In this document: in pieces, positions 21,359 through 30,908 of the stretch
Position numbering within the stretch: position 1 is the first letter of the stretch
Layout: the number at the start of each line of letters is the position of its first letter
Assembly (NCBI GenBank): GCA_964388715.1
Contig: CAYMBN010000001.1
Coordinates: forward strand, 138,962-202,961
Length of the DNA stretch: 64,000 nucleotides
Direction of reading: 5' to 3'
From: an uncultured Methanosarcinales archaeon
GTDB taxonomy: Archaea; Nanobdellota; Nanobdellia; Woesearchaeales; CAYMBN01
Notes under the pieces: model-generated
What the model was told of the DNA's origin: nothing
The model's database searches: none
The model's input: only the letters and a program-made list of their open reading frames with translations
Program-made: the position numbers and the translations under genes

Positions 21359-21947
21359 CTTCTAGTTCCTCAATTATTTCATCAAAATCAGTTTCATTTG
21401 TAACATGAATTACTTTTTTGACTCCTGCTTTTTGTGCGCCTTTAACATGTTCTTGTTTGTCATCAAGGTAGATTGTGTTTTCCAGATTGATGTTTTCTTC
21501 TTCTGCAATTGTTTTATAGGCAGTGCCATCTTCCTTGCTTCCAACTTCTGAAGTAACATAGTAAGAGTCAATATATTGATCAAGACCAACTGATTCCATA
21601 GAAGCTTTTGTTGTTTCTGCCTTTGACATTGCAACAAGGATTACTTTTCCTTTGATATTTTGGAGAAGTTTTTCAGTTTCTGGCTTGATTATGTCTTCTA
21701 AGGAAAGTTCTCCTTTTTTGTATCCTTGTTCACATACAATATCTCTTTTGTGGACTATTTCTAATTTGTAATCTGGATTGTCTTTTTTTGAAAGGTAATC
21801 TTGAAATTCTTTATTTGCTCTTTCTATGTTATAACCTAAATCTTTGTAAACACGTAAGGCATTATCTTCATAGTATTTAGATTCCATAGCAATATGTTTA
21901 TCAAAATAAGTTAATGTTCCCTTTACATCTGAAATTAGGTGTTTCAT
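21351..21947 (-). CDS. HAD-superfamily hydrolase-like protein
   Basis: LISDVKGTL (motif I variant), GSKED, YLDDKQEHVKGAQKAG. Confidence 0.75.
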   Translation of the reverse strand: MKHLISDVKGTLTYFDKHIAMESKYYEDNALRVYKDLGYNIERANKEFQDYLSKKDNPDYKLEIVHKRDIVCEQGYKKGELSLEDIIKPETEKLLQNIKGKVILVAMSKAETTKASMESVGLDQYIDSYYVTSEVGSKEDGTAYKTIAEEENINLENTIYLDDKQEHVKGAQKAGVKKVIHVTNETDFDEIIEELEDE

Positions 21948-21986
21948 TTTAATTAGTGGTAACAATTTATAGTATTTAATTACTAA

Positions 21987-22004
21987 CTCTCCAAATGTGG
22001 AGAG
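21987..22004. promoter_or_regulatory. Candidate operator CTCTCCA-N4-TGGAGAG between divergent promoters
   Basis: Perfect 7-bp inverted repeat between the HAD operon and the TrmB-like regulator. Confidence 0.55.
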
Positions 22005-22047
22005 CTTAATAGAAAGATTTATATATGTGAAAAGTGTTTGTGTTGTT

Positions 22048-22767
22048 ATGGAACTTGAGATATTGCAGGATTTAGGATTTACACAAGCAGAAGCAAAGGT
22101 TTATCTTACTTTGTTGAAATTAGGAGCTGTTAAAGTAGGTAGTATTATTGAAAAGTCTGGGTTGCAAAGTTCTACAATACATAACACATTGCATTCTTTG
22201 ATTGATAAGGGATATGTTAATTATGTTTTGAAAGGAAAAATTAAGATTTATCAAGTTACTGATCCTAAATTGATTCTTAAAGTTTATAGAGAAAGAGAAA
22301 AAAGGTTTAGTGAGATTATACCAAAACTTAAGATACAGCAGAAGTTTGCTGCTGAGAAACAACAAGTTGAAATGTATGAAGGAATGAAAGGAATAATTAA
22401 TATGTTGAATGAGTTTATTGAAGATACTAAGCCAGGAGATCATTTTTGTTTTTTTTCTGTTGATGTTCCTGGAATCAATGAAGAGATACAAAAGTTTTTT
22501 GAGCGTTATGATACAAAAAGGAAAGCGAAAAGATTAGTTGTGAGAGGTTTGGCTAGAGAAAAGTTAAGGCCTTATTATAAAAATAGGAAACTTTTGAAAG
22601 TAAGGTATGTTTCTCATCCTATCCCTGCTAATTTTAGTTTTTGTAATGATAAAATGGTTTTGATTAATTGGGGTGAAAGGCCAACTGGAATAATGATTAA
22701 GTCTAAACAGGTTATTGAAAGTCAAAAAATGTTTTTTGATGAATTGTGGAAGAGGGGTAAGAAATGA
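22048..22767 (+). CDS. TrmB-family transcriptional regulator
   Basis: LQDLGFTQAEAKVYLTLL...LIDKGYV wHTH, YEGMKGI, FDELWK. Confidence 0.9.
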   Translation: MELEILQDLGFTQAEAKVYLTLLKLGAVKVGSIIEKSGLQSSTIHNTLHSLIDKGYVNYVLKGKIKIYQVTDPKLILKVYREREKRFSEIIPKLKIQQKFAAEKQQVEMYEGMKGIINMLNEFIEDTKPGDHFCFFSVDVPGINEEIQKFFERYDTKRKAKRLVVRGLAREKLRPYYKNRKLLKVRYVSHPIPANFSFCNDKMVLINWGERPTGIMIKSKQVIESQKMFFDELWKRGKK

Positions 22768-23348
22768 AGAAAAAACATAAAGTACTAATTGTTGATCATG
22801 GTTCTAAGTATATTAAAAAGCTTGAAAAGATGTATGTTGATCATCCTGATATCAAGTATGATGTTGATGTTATTAAGAGTGATGATGTTCTTGGGATGAA
22901 ACTTAAAGGGTATAATATAATTCATCTTTCTGGCAGTAGAGTTAAAAAGAATTTTCATGATCAAGTTAATCAGTATGTTTTGGATAATGCTCATCCTGAT
23001 ACACATGTGATTGGAACTTGTTATGGTGCAGAAGGTATTGCTGCTCATCATGGTGCTGAGGTTAAAAGATTAAAAAAATATCAGAAAGGTAAGCAAGAAA
23101 TTAAGTATAAAGGTAAAAAAGCACATATGCATAAGTCACATAGATGGGGGATTCCTGTAAAAGGTTCTAAATTAGAAGCAATTGCTACAAGTGAGCAAGT
23201 GTTTGATGATGGTAGCAAAGGAATGATCCATGAAATGTTTAAAGTAAAAGGTAAGAAACATTATGGTGTGCAAGGACATGGTGAAGCAGGAGCAGGTAAG
23301 AAAATAATGTATGAATTGTTAAGTGAGATTGGTGGGTATAAGAAATAA
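22764..23348 (+). CDS. Stand-alone class I glutamine amidotransferase-like protein
   Basis: IVDHGS, IGTCYG, GVQGHGE (Cys-His-Glu triad). Confidence 0.75.
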   Translation: MKKKHKVLIVDHGSKYIKKLEKMYVDHPDIKYDVDVIKSDDVLGMKLKGYNIIHLSGSRVKKNFHDQVNQYVLDNAHPDTHVIGTCYGAEGIAAHHGAEVKRLKKYQKGKQEIKYKGKKAHMHKSHRWGIPVKGSKLEAIATSEQVFDDGSKGMIHEMFKVKGKKHYGVQGHGEAGAGKKIMYELLSEIGGYKK

Positions 23349-23392
23349 CTAGAATGCGAACATTTTTAAAAACCTAAAGCTGTTAATTGATT

Positions 23393-24139
23393 ATGACTAA
23401 GAAAAATAAAAGAGGTATAGTGTTTTATATTATAGGGACGATATTGATAATTATTATACTAACATTTGTTCTAGCTATAATGTTTAAAGATGAAGATGCT
23501 AAATTTGTTACTACAAGTTTTATTAATTTTGAACAGATAGAAAGTATTTCAAAATTTAGAAGTTGTTCTGGACATAATTCAGGTAGAATATTCAACAAAG
23601 CAGAACCAATAAGTTCTCTGAAACATTACATACAACCTAAAAATGAATATTTTGGTACGGAAGATCAGGTAAAGGTATTGGCTCCTTTTGATGGTAAAAT
23701 TGTTTTAATAAGTTCCAAATTTAATAATGAGCGTGGTCAGTCCATGCTTTTAAGACCTTACAATGAATTATGGACTTTGGGGCTGACTCATGTTAATCCA
23801 TTGCCTGAACTTAAAAGAGGGGATAAATTTTCTGCTGGTGATCTACTGGCATATGCTAGTACAGGTAAAGATCATCCACCTTATCCAGCAAGTTTTGATG
23901 TTGGTGTTAATTACTTTTGGCAATTGGATCTTGGTGTAGATAGTGTGTTTAATCATATGACTGATGAAGCTCTTATGGAATTTGCAAAATACAATGTGAC
24001 AATAGAAAATATAATTGTATCACTAGAAGAACGATTATCTAAGCCTTGCGATTGTTATGAACGTGGAGATACAGAATGTGGATTTAGAACATCTGTAGAA
24101 GATCCTGAACATGTAGTAAAGCTTAGGAAAGTGGAATAG
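23393..24139 (+). CDS. Membrane-anchored exported protein, M23-like fold possible
   Basis: N-terminal TM, SKFRSCSGH, VLAPFDGKI...GDLLAY. Confidence 0.55.
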   Translation: MTKKNKRGIVFYIIGTILIIIILTFVLAIMFKDEDAKFVTTSFINFEQIESISKFRSCSGHNSGRIFNKAEPISSLKHYIQPKNEYFGTEDQVKVLAPFDGKIVLISSKFNNERGQSMLLRPYNELWTLGLTHVNPLPELKRGDKFSAGDLLAYASTGKDHPPYPASFDVGVNYFWQLDLGVDSVFNHMTDEALMEFAKYNVTIENIIVSLEERLSKPCDCYERGDTECGFRTSVEDPEHVVKLRKVE

Positions 24140-24190
24140 TTTTCAACAAAATATAAAAACATCAAGATTTTCTGAGTTCTTTGGGGGAAA

Positions 24191-25906
24191 ATGGCTAATA
24201 TAAAATTACTTGATCAAAGTCTTATTAATAAGATTGCTGCTGGAGAGGTAATTGAAAGACCTGCTTCTGTTGTGAAAGAGTTAATTGAGAATGCGATTGA
24301 CGCAGATGCTTCTCAAATTACTGTTGAAGTTAAAGAAGGTGGTAAGTCTTTTATTAAAGTAAGTGATAATGGTAATGGGATGGGGAAAGAGGATTTGAAA
24401 ATTTCAATTGAAAGGCATTCTACTTCTAAAATCAAGGATGTTAATGATTTGTTTAATATAAACACATTAGGTTTTAGAGGAGAAGCTTTGGCTAGTATTG
24501 GAGCAGTATCTCAGTTAAGTATTATCTCAAAAACAATTGATAAAGATGCGCATCAGATTAGTGTTGAGAATGGAAAAATAATTGAAGAAAAAACAGTTGG
24601 AGCACCTCAAGGAACTATTGTAGAAGTTAATAATTTGTTTTTCAATACTCCTGCACGAAAAAAGTATCTTAAAACAATTCAACAAGAACTTAGTCATATT
24701 ACTGATATTGTTACAAGATATGCTTTGATTAATTATAAGATTTTTTTTAAGTTAATACATAATGGAAATGTGTTAATTAATTCTGCTGCAACAGATAGTT
24801 TATTGAATAATATTGTTGAGATTTATGGAAAAGATGTTGCAAAAGATCTTATTGAGATTGATTATAAAGTAAAAAATATGCATGTTAAAGGTTATGTTGC
24901 AAAACCTTCAACAACAAGGTCTGACAAAAATCATATTTCTGTTTATGTTAATGGAAGATACATTTACAATAAAACAATTACAAATGCTTTAATGGATGCG
25001 TTTCATACATTGTTAAATGTGAACAGGTATCCTGTTGCTGTTATTAATATTGAGATTGATGCTGGTTTGATTGATGTTAATGTACATCCTACAAAAAAAG
25101 AGATTAGGTTAAGTATTGAGAATCAAATCTATGAGAATGTGTTTACTGCAATAAGGAATACTCTGACAAAGGCTGAGTTGATTCCTGATATTCGGGAGGA
25201 AGAGATGACTCAAAAGGTTCTTGTTGAGACAATTACTGCAGTGCAAAAACAAAAACCAAAAGCTAATTTTGTTAAACAAGAAAGTCAGGTCACATTGCAA
25301 ACAACTGATTCTATTATTGATGATGAGAAATTGCCTATCAGGATTCTTGGTATTGTGCATAATTGTTATATTATTGGAGAAGACAAGGAAGGTTTTGTTG
25401 TTATTGATCAACATGCTGCGCATGAAAGAGTACTTTATGAAAAGTTTATGATGCAATTGTTTGATAAGAATGTTAAGACGCAGCAACTTATTAGTCCAAT
25501 TCATGTTGAGTTAAGTCCAAGTGATAGTTTGGTTTTGAAAGGGAATTTAGAGATAGTGAAGAAACTTGGTTTTAATGTTGAAGAGTTTGGTAATAATTCT
25601 TTTATTATAAGAACAGTGCCTATTGTAATGTCAAGACAGCAGGATAAGAATGTTTTACTTGATGTGATTGATGAATTACATAGTACAAAAGTAAAGACAT
25701 TTGATGAAGTAAAGGAGAAGATCATTACAAGAATGGCTTGTAGAGCTGCTGTCAAACAAGGAGATGAGATTGGTCTGGCTGAGGTAAAGAATATAATTAA
25801 GCAGTTGTACAAATGTAATATTGCGTTTACTTGTCCACATGGTCGTCCTGTGATTGTGCGGATGACTATTTCTGAGCTGGAGAAGAAGTTTCGGCGACGG
25901 GTTTAA
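24191..25906 (+). CDS. mutL: DNA mismatch repair protein MutL
   Basis: IAAGEVIERPASVVKELIEN, GFRGEAL, DQHAAHER, ACR, CPHGRP. Confidence 0.98.
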   Translation: MANIKLLDQSLINKIAAGEVIERPASVVKELIENAIDADASQITVEVKEGGKSFIKVSDNGNGMGKEDLKISIERHSTSKIKDVNDLFNINTLGFRGEALASIGAVSQLSIISKTIDKDAHQISVENGKIIEEKTVGAPQGTIVEVNNLFFNTPARKKYLKTIQQELSHITDIVTRYALINYKIFFKLIHNGNVLINSAATDSLLNNIVEIYGKDVAKDLIEIDYKVKNMHVKGYVAKPSTTRSDKNHISVYVNGRYIYNKTITNALMDAFHTLLNVNRYPVAVINIEIDAGLIDVNVHPTKKEIRLSIENQIYENVFTAIRNTLTKAELIPDIREEEMTQKVLVETITAVQKQKPKANFVKQESQVTLQTTDSIIDDEKLPIRILGIVHNCYIIGEDKEGFVVIDQHAAHERVLYEKFMMQLFDKNVKTQQLISPIHVELSPSDSLVLKGNLEIVKKLGFNVEEFGNNSFIIRTVPIVMSRQQDKNVLLDVIDELHSTKVKTFDEVKEKIITRMACRAAVKQGDEIGLAEVKNIIKQLYKCNIAFTCPHGRPVIVRMTISELEKKFRRRV

Positions 25907-27260
25907 TAAAATACTCAACTTTATCACCAATACGAGGAATCTTCTTAGCAAAATACATCTCTTGTTTAAGATCCATCTGACCTAATCCGTAGTAAAAGAC
26001 TTTATTGAAATTACCGTAAAAACTCGGAACAGGGGTAAGCTTATATGATTTTTCATCATGTTCTGTTACAACTATAGCTGATTCATTAACTTGGACAAAT
26101 ATAGGTGATCTTGATTCATTTTGTACTTTTTCTAATAATTCAACAAAATTCTCACCATAATCTTCTCTTAGTTTTTCCCCATGGGCCCAGATATCAACTG
26201 GTAGGATTGGTTCATCTTTGAACATATCTTTTAATGCAAGAACAACTTCAAGATCTTTAAGATGAGCAGAATAGCTATATTTTTCTGGATTTTTTATATA
26301 ATCATTCATAAATTCAGGGTCATTTAAAACCTGAGCTTCTCTATATGTCGCAATATGATGTTTACCAATCACAACTTCACCTGCACTGTAACCAGCATAT
26401 AATTTAATGAACTTTTCAATCAAATCCCAGTGAGTTTCTAAGTCTTCACCAGGATCACAAATATAATGAAGTGCTTCAAATAATTCTTCTGGTGAACCAC
26501 CACCAACATAAAGCAGGTGTGTGTTTTGAAGTATCTCTTTATTAATTTCAAAGTCTTCTTTAACTCTTCCTCTTTCTATTTCAATTTGATTATTTAAATA
26601 TTCTTTAACATAATCAAGAGCATCTTTACCTTTCTCAGTTAATTCTTTCCATATATGTCCAATAAGGTTTTCTTTGAACTTATTTGTTCCATCAAATTTG
26701 TAATCTCTTAAATCTTCATTGATTTCTTTTAGTTTTTCTTTGTAAGTTAGATCTTCCCTTTTTTCATCAAAATCAAGTATAGCTTCTCTACTACCACTAT
26801 CTTGTCCAAAGATTCTTGCAAAAACTTTGAATAAGTGTCTTGACCATTCTTTTTTGCCTTTTGATTTTTCAAGATAATTAACTTGGTCTTTTATTTTCAT
26901 AAGTTCTTTCATGTAAAAATAAGAATCAAATCTTAGTGGAGTAACATTTATACCTAAGCTTTTATAATAATTAATGAATTTTTCTTGATTACCATTCTGG
27001 TTTTGAGGATAATAACTTGCCCATGGAACAAAAGTAACATTAAATTCCTGTGGCTTTTTTATACCAAATGTTTGTTGTGCTAACCTAAAAAGAAGATAGT
27101 CAAGATCAGGTGCATTACCAATATCAACTTCTGACCCACAAAGTAAAACTTTAACTTTATCAGAACTAGGAGGACCATTTAATGTAAGTATTTCATGTAA
27201 TTTTCCATCAATATAACCCATTTCCTTATCAGTTAATTCTTTCTTCTCCATAAGAAACAA
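25866..27260 (-). CDS. Peptidase S51/cyanophycinase-like protein with large helical insertion
   Basis: FVPWAS, LYVGGGS, YAGYSAG nucleophile elbow, WAH. Confidence 0.6.
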   Translation of the reverse strand: MFLMEKKELTDKEMGYIDGKLHEILTLNGPPSSDKVKVLLCGSEVDIGNAPDLDYLLFRLAQQTFGIKKPQEFNVTFVPWASYYPQNQNGNQEKFINYYKSLGINVTPLRFDSYFYMKELMKIKDQVNYLEKSKGKKEWSRHLFKVFARIFGQDSGSREAILDFDEKREDLTYKEKLKEINEDLRDYKFDGTNKFKENLIGHIWKELTEKGKDALDYVKEYLNNQIEIERGRVKEDFEINKEILQNTHLLYVGGGSPEELFEALHYICDPGEDLETHWDLIEKFIKLYAGYSAGEVVIGKHHIATYREAQVLNDPEFMNDYIKNPEKYSYSAHLKDLEVVLALKDMFKDEPILPVDIWAHGEKLREDYGENFVELLEKVQNESRSPIFVQVNESAIVVTEHDEKSYKLTPVPSFYGNFNKVFYYGLGQMDLKQEMYFAKKIPRIGDKVEYFIKPVAETSSPAQK

Positions 27261-27301
27261 GAATAAATACTGTTTTTATATATTTTACTATTTTAGAATG
27301 G

Positions 27302-28360
27302 TTACTGGTAGAGGCTTTTTATTCCTTCTTCGGTTGCAGGAATGATTCCTTTTTCTGTGATTATGCCTTTGATGTATTTTGCTGGTGTTACGTCAAATGC
27401 TGGATTACCTGCTTTGCTTTCTTTAGGAGCTATCTTTACTCTTGAGAATTTGCCATCATCACTCCAACCAAACATGTGAGTTACTTCTTCATCATGTCGT
27501 TCTTCAATTGGAATGTGTTTTCCAGAAGGACAGTTTCTGTCAATTGTTGTTGAAGGTGCTGCAATGTAAAATGGAATTCCAAGTTCTTTTGCAAGAACAG
27601 CTTTCATGTAAGTGCCTATCTTGTTTGCTGTGTCGCCATTTGCAGCAATACGATCTGCACCTGTTATGATTAAACCAACATTATCATTTCTTAAGTAATG
27701 GCCTGATGAGTTGTCTGCAATTACTTTGTGAGGAATGTTTTCATTAACAAGTTCCCATGCTGTTAATCTTGAACCTTGACATCTTGGACGTGTTTCACTT
27801 GCATAAACAAAAACTTTCTTGTTGTTTCTGACTGCATGGAAAATAGGTGAAAGTGCAGTGCCCCAATCAACAAATGCAAGCCAACCTGCATTGCAATGTG
27901 TCATTACTTTCATGCCATCTGTGATTAGATGTTCTCCATGTGCACCAAGTTTGTGACAAAAGTCTGCATCTTCATCTGCAACTGCTTGAGCTGTTTCAAT
28001 TGCTTTTGTTTTTGCTTGTTCTTGAGTAAGTCCTTTTATTGAATTCAATACTTTATCAACTGCGTAGAAAAGGTTTTGTGCTGTTGGTCTTGAATTTCTC
28101 AGTAAGTTAGCTGCTTTTTCAATATCTTCCTGAAAATGATCTGGTCGTGCTTGAAGAACACCTTGTGCCATGCCGTAACCTGCTGCTCCTCCTATTGCAC
28201 CAGCACCTCTAATAATCATTGTTTTAATTGCATTAGCTGTTTTTTCATATGTGTCTGAATCATAGATTTCAAAAGAATGAGGTATTAAAGGTTGGTTAAT
28301 CATTTTTACAATATGATTTTCCATCCATACTGTTCTGTAATGTTTGTTGTTAACTAAAAT
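27302..28360 (-). CDS. mtnA: S-methyl-5-thioribose-1-phosphate isomerase
   Basis: MIIRGAGAIG, RPTAQNL, THCNAGWLA, ETRP, GADRIAANGD, NPAFDVTP. Start is ATT 28360 or ATG 28324. Confidence 0.92.
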   Translation of the reverse strand: MLVNNKHYRTVWMENHIVKMINQPLIPHSFEIYDSDTYEKTANAIKTMIIRGAGAIGGAAGYGMAQGVLQARPDHFQEDIEKAANLLRNSRPTAQNLFYAVDKVLNSIKGLTQEQAKTKAIETAQAVADEDADFCHKLGAHGEHLITDGMKVMTHCNAGWLAFVDWGTALSPIFHAVRNNKKVFVYASETRPRCQGSRLTAWELVNENIPHKVIADNSSGHYLRNDNVGLIITGADRIAANGDTANKIGTYMKAVLAKELGIPFYIAAPSTTIDRNCPSGKHIPIEERHDEEVTHMFGWSDDGKFSRVKIAPKESKAGNPAFDVTPAKYIKGIITEKGIIPATEEGIKSLYQ

Positions 28361-28361
28361 T

Positions 28362-28895
28362 TTATTCCCCTTCGAATTCAACCATTGTGAAAACTTTGTA
28401 ACCTTGATCTTGTAATAGTTTTTTTCCACCTAAGTCAGGAAGGTCAACTACACATGCACATTCAACTATTTCTCCACCTAGTTTTTTAATTAATTCACAT
28501 GCAGCAATAAAGGATCCTCCTGTTGCGATTAAATCGTCGATTAATAAAACTTTATCTCCTGGTTTAATTGCATCTTTGTGAATCTCCATGGTATCGGGAC
28601 CATATTCTTTTTCATATTCATGTGAAACTGTTTCTGCTGGTAATTTACCTTTTTTTCTGATTGGAACAAAACCTTTACCAAGTTGGTGTGCGATTGCTCC
28701 GCCAAAGATAAATCCACGAGCTTCAATGCCAGCAATAATGTCAAAATCTTGTTCTGTGTAACGTTGTACAAATAAGTCTATGACACGTCTCATTCCTTTT
28801 TTATCTTTAAGAAGTGTTGTAATATCTCTAAACATGATGCCTTGTTTTGGCCAGTGTGGAATAGTTCTGATTTTTTTCTTAAGTTCTTCAGGCAT
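28362..28895 (-). CDS. apt: Adenine phosphoribosyltransferase
   Basis: [36 protein letters not shown]. Confidence 0.96.
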   Translation of the reverse strand: MPEELKKKIRTIPHWPKQGIMFRDITTLLKDKKGMRRVIDLFVQRYTEQDFDIIAGIEARGFIFGGAIAHQLGKGFVPIRKKGKLPAETVSHEYEKEYGPDTMEIHKDAIKPGDKVLLIDDLIATGGSFIAACELIKKLGGEIVECACVVDLPDLGGKKLLQDQGYKVFTMVEFEGE

Positions 28896-29082
28896 TTTTA
28901 GCAACTAGTCTTAATTTGTTTTTTTTAGAATGTTCACCTTTAAGGTTAAGAATATCATAGTTTGTTATTTTGTTCTTTTCTGCATATGCTTTTAAAGCTG
29001 CTTCTGTCTTGAATGTTTTTGGTCTTTTCTTTCTACTTCTTCCGCCTTTGATTACACGATCACGTTTATGACTTATACCCAT
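28888..29082 (-). CDS. Small basic protein (64 aa)
   Basis: ATG 29082 below a TATA box, RPKTFKTE motif, overlaps the apt start. Confidence 0.6.
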   Translation of the reverse strand: MGISHKRDRVIKGGRSRKKRPKTFKTEAALKAYAEKNKITNYDILNLKGEHSKKNKLRLVAKNA

Positions 29083-29172
29083 TGTAATAGCTAGGATTAG
29101 CTGGGTATTTATATAATTTATGGAATTAAAAGCAAAAGCTATATAAATGAAATATTTTTTTAATGTGTATAT

Positions 29173-29346
29173 GGCTCTGTGGCTCAGTCTGGTTAGAGCG
29201 CTCGAGTCCCTTTTGGGGCAGCGAAACTGATATCCTTTTTGGATGCCGGAGATTGTATTTCCGCGCAACTAGGCTAGAGATCGAGTGAAGAGTACTAGTA
29301 ATTCTAGGCTCTCTCGAAGTCCCGTGTTCAAATCACGGCAGAGCCA
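29173..29346 (+). tRNA. tRNA-Ile(GAT) with three introns: 30/31 (29205-29225), 37/38 (29233-29279), 45/46 (29288-29318)
   Basis: Removing the three segments gives GGCTCTG TG GCTC AGTCTGGTTA GAGC G CTCGA CT GAT AA TCGAG TGGTC CCGTG TTCAAAT CACGG CAGAGCC A, a perfect cloverleaf. BHB-type motifs at the junctions. Confidence 0.9.
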
Positions 29347-30177
29347 TTATTTTTCTTTTTTTTCTTCATATTTTAATTCATTAAAAGTATATTTAGAATT
29401 TAGCTTTTTTAGTAATGAATCAAAGAGATTGAGTAGTTTAATGCTCTCTTTTTTATTTAATCTTACCATATGAAGATCTTTCCATTGATATTTGGACCTG
29501 TCATGAATATAACAACTAGGGTTAAATCCCCATTCTTTTAGAATATTTAATACATTATCTGCTAAACCATTGGAAGTAACATTAAAATAGAATTTATCTT
29601 TAAGATATCCATCTGTAAGTGTTAATCCTAGGATAAAACTCTCTAAAAATTCTTTAGAAAACCCATGAAGTTCATCTTTTAAACAAACTGTATGAGTCTT
29701 CATTCTACCAAATTGTACATAATTGTTCACAAAATTGTAAATGAATTTTGATTTGAATCTTATTAAAGATCTATGTCTTTTTTCATGTACCACTTGAACA
29801 ACTGTTTTTCCAAACAATTCAGCTAAAACAAACTTGAAAAATTTAATCATCTTTTTATTATCACTATGACAACAGATCTTTATTCTATATCCTTTATCAA
29901 TATACTGAGTTCCATCACCACACCATATTCCAATATAAAGGCCGATTAGACTTTCATTATTTGATTTAAGACTATAAACAAGATTTCTTCTTTTTGTTAA
30001 ATTTGAAGACATTTTTAAATCACCAAACTTTTTTTGTTAATACTATGTAAATGATTTTTCTTTATATAATTTCGCCATGTTTGTCTAGTGGGGAGTGAGG
30101 AAAATCATAATTTAATAGTTTTAACTGATTTTTGGGTGATTTGGAAATGATATGATGAAAATCACAGCAGAGCCATT
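29330..30177. mobile_element. Minimal tRNA-integrated cassette bounded by an 18/19-nt direct repeat of the tRNA-Ile 3' end
   Basis: AAATCACGGCAGAGCCATT (29330-29348) vs AAATCACAGCAGAGCCATT (30159-30177). Encloses only the LAGLIDADG gene and its promoter. Confidence 0.7.
29347..30012 (-). CDS. Free-standing two-motif LAGLIDADG endonuclease-like protein
   Basis: YIGIWCGDG and FILGLTLTDG motifs about 100 aa apart. Confidence 0.85.
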   Translation of the reverse strand: MSSNLTKRRNLVYSLKSNNESLIGLYIGIWCGDGTQYIDKGYRIKICCHSDNKKMIKFFKFVLAELFGKTVVQVVHEKRHRSLIRFKSKFIYNFVNNYVQFGRMKTHTVCLKDELHGFSKEFLESFILGLTLTDGYLKDKFYFNVTSNGLADNVLNILKEWGFNPSCYIHDRSKYQWKDLHMVRLNKKESIKLLNLFDSLLKKLNSKYTFNELKYEEKKEK

Positions 30178-30247
30178 TATCTTTTCTAGTGTAATAATAT
30201 TTAAAAAGAGTTGGTGGTTATTAGAGGTTATTTAGGGGGTAATTAAG

Positions 30248-30907
30248 ATGGTTGCTAATCCAGAAAAAACTGATTTAGATCATTTTGTTGAGAGGTATTC
30301 TAAAATTTATAGAGTTATAACATTAGCTGAAAAGTTTAAGGAGACTACAAAATTTCCTGATCCAGAGGAAGCTGCTGTACTAATGGAAAAAATGGATGTA
30401 ATTCAAAGAGGACTTGCTATTGCAATGAATTTTTCTGAATTAAGGAGTGTTATGGATAGTATTAAAACTTTTAATTACACTATTGAAAGAGAGCTTGAGG
30501 GTACTTGTTTATCAATAGAGGCTGTTTTGGATGAAAATCCTATTGGGTATTTTAGTATTGATTTTAGAAGTGCAAGGTATGGTGAAGGTCTTAATGAGAT
30601 TAAGAAAGCATATGTTGAAGAGTTATGTGATAGTATTATGGCAGATGAACAATTGTCTGAATATTTTATGACAGTGCTTAGTGATGTAAGAACACTTACA
30701 AATGAAGGCAGTGGTTCAAGTGTTGTGGATAGGGAAAATCTTATGACTCATTTTGAAAAATGTGGTGAATTAATAAGTCTCGGATTATTTGAGGGAAATG
30801 ATTCTGAACACGCAGGATGTTATGTTTTAAGTGATTTAATGGATACGGCATTAGATTATTTACAAACAAAAGGTTATTTTAATAAAGCAATAGAAGGTGA
30901 GAAGTAA
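30248..30907 (+). CDS. Hypothetical protein, C-terminal winged-helix-like
   Basis: 219 aa, RBS GGGGGT, similar to the next ORF. Confidence 0.65.
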   Translation: MVANPEKTDLDHFVERYSKIYRVITLAEKFKETTKFPDPEEAAVLMEKMDVIQRGLAIAMNFSELRSVMDSIKTFNYTIERELEGTCLSIEAVLDENPIGYFSIDFRSARYGEGLNEIKKAYVEELCDSIMADEQLSEYFMTVLSDVRTLTNEGSGSSVVDRENLMTHFEKCGELISLGLFEGNDSEHAGCYVLSDLMDTALDYLQTKGYFNKAIEGEK

Positions 30908-30908
30908 A

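Noticed and set aside
29273..29285. Reading the first tRNA as tRNA-Ser(AGA) with a long variable arm
   Set aside because: BHB-guided removal of three introns gives a canonical Ile(GAT) loop CTGATAA and a 5-nt variable loop. The AGA reading has no supporting splice motif.
29083..29473. ORF-track extension of 28888..29268 and ORF 29285..29473
   Set aside because: They overlap the tRNA-Ile gene and the LAGLIDADG ORF, so they are treated as spurious.
30097..30106. GAGGAAAATC resembling RNase P RNA conserved region I
   Set aside because: It mismatches GAGGAAAGUCC, sits in AT-rich context, and has no P4 partner or P1 stem.
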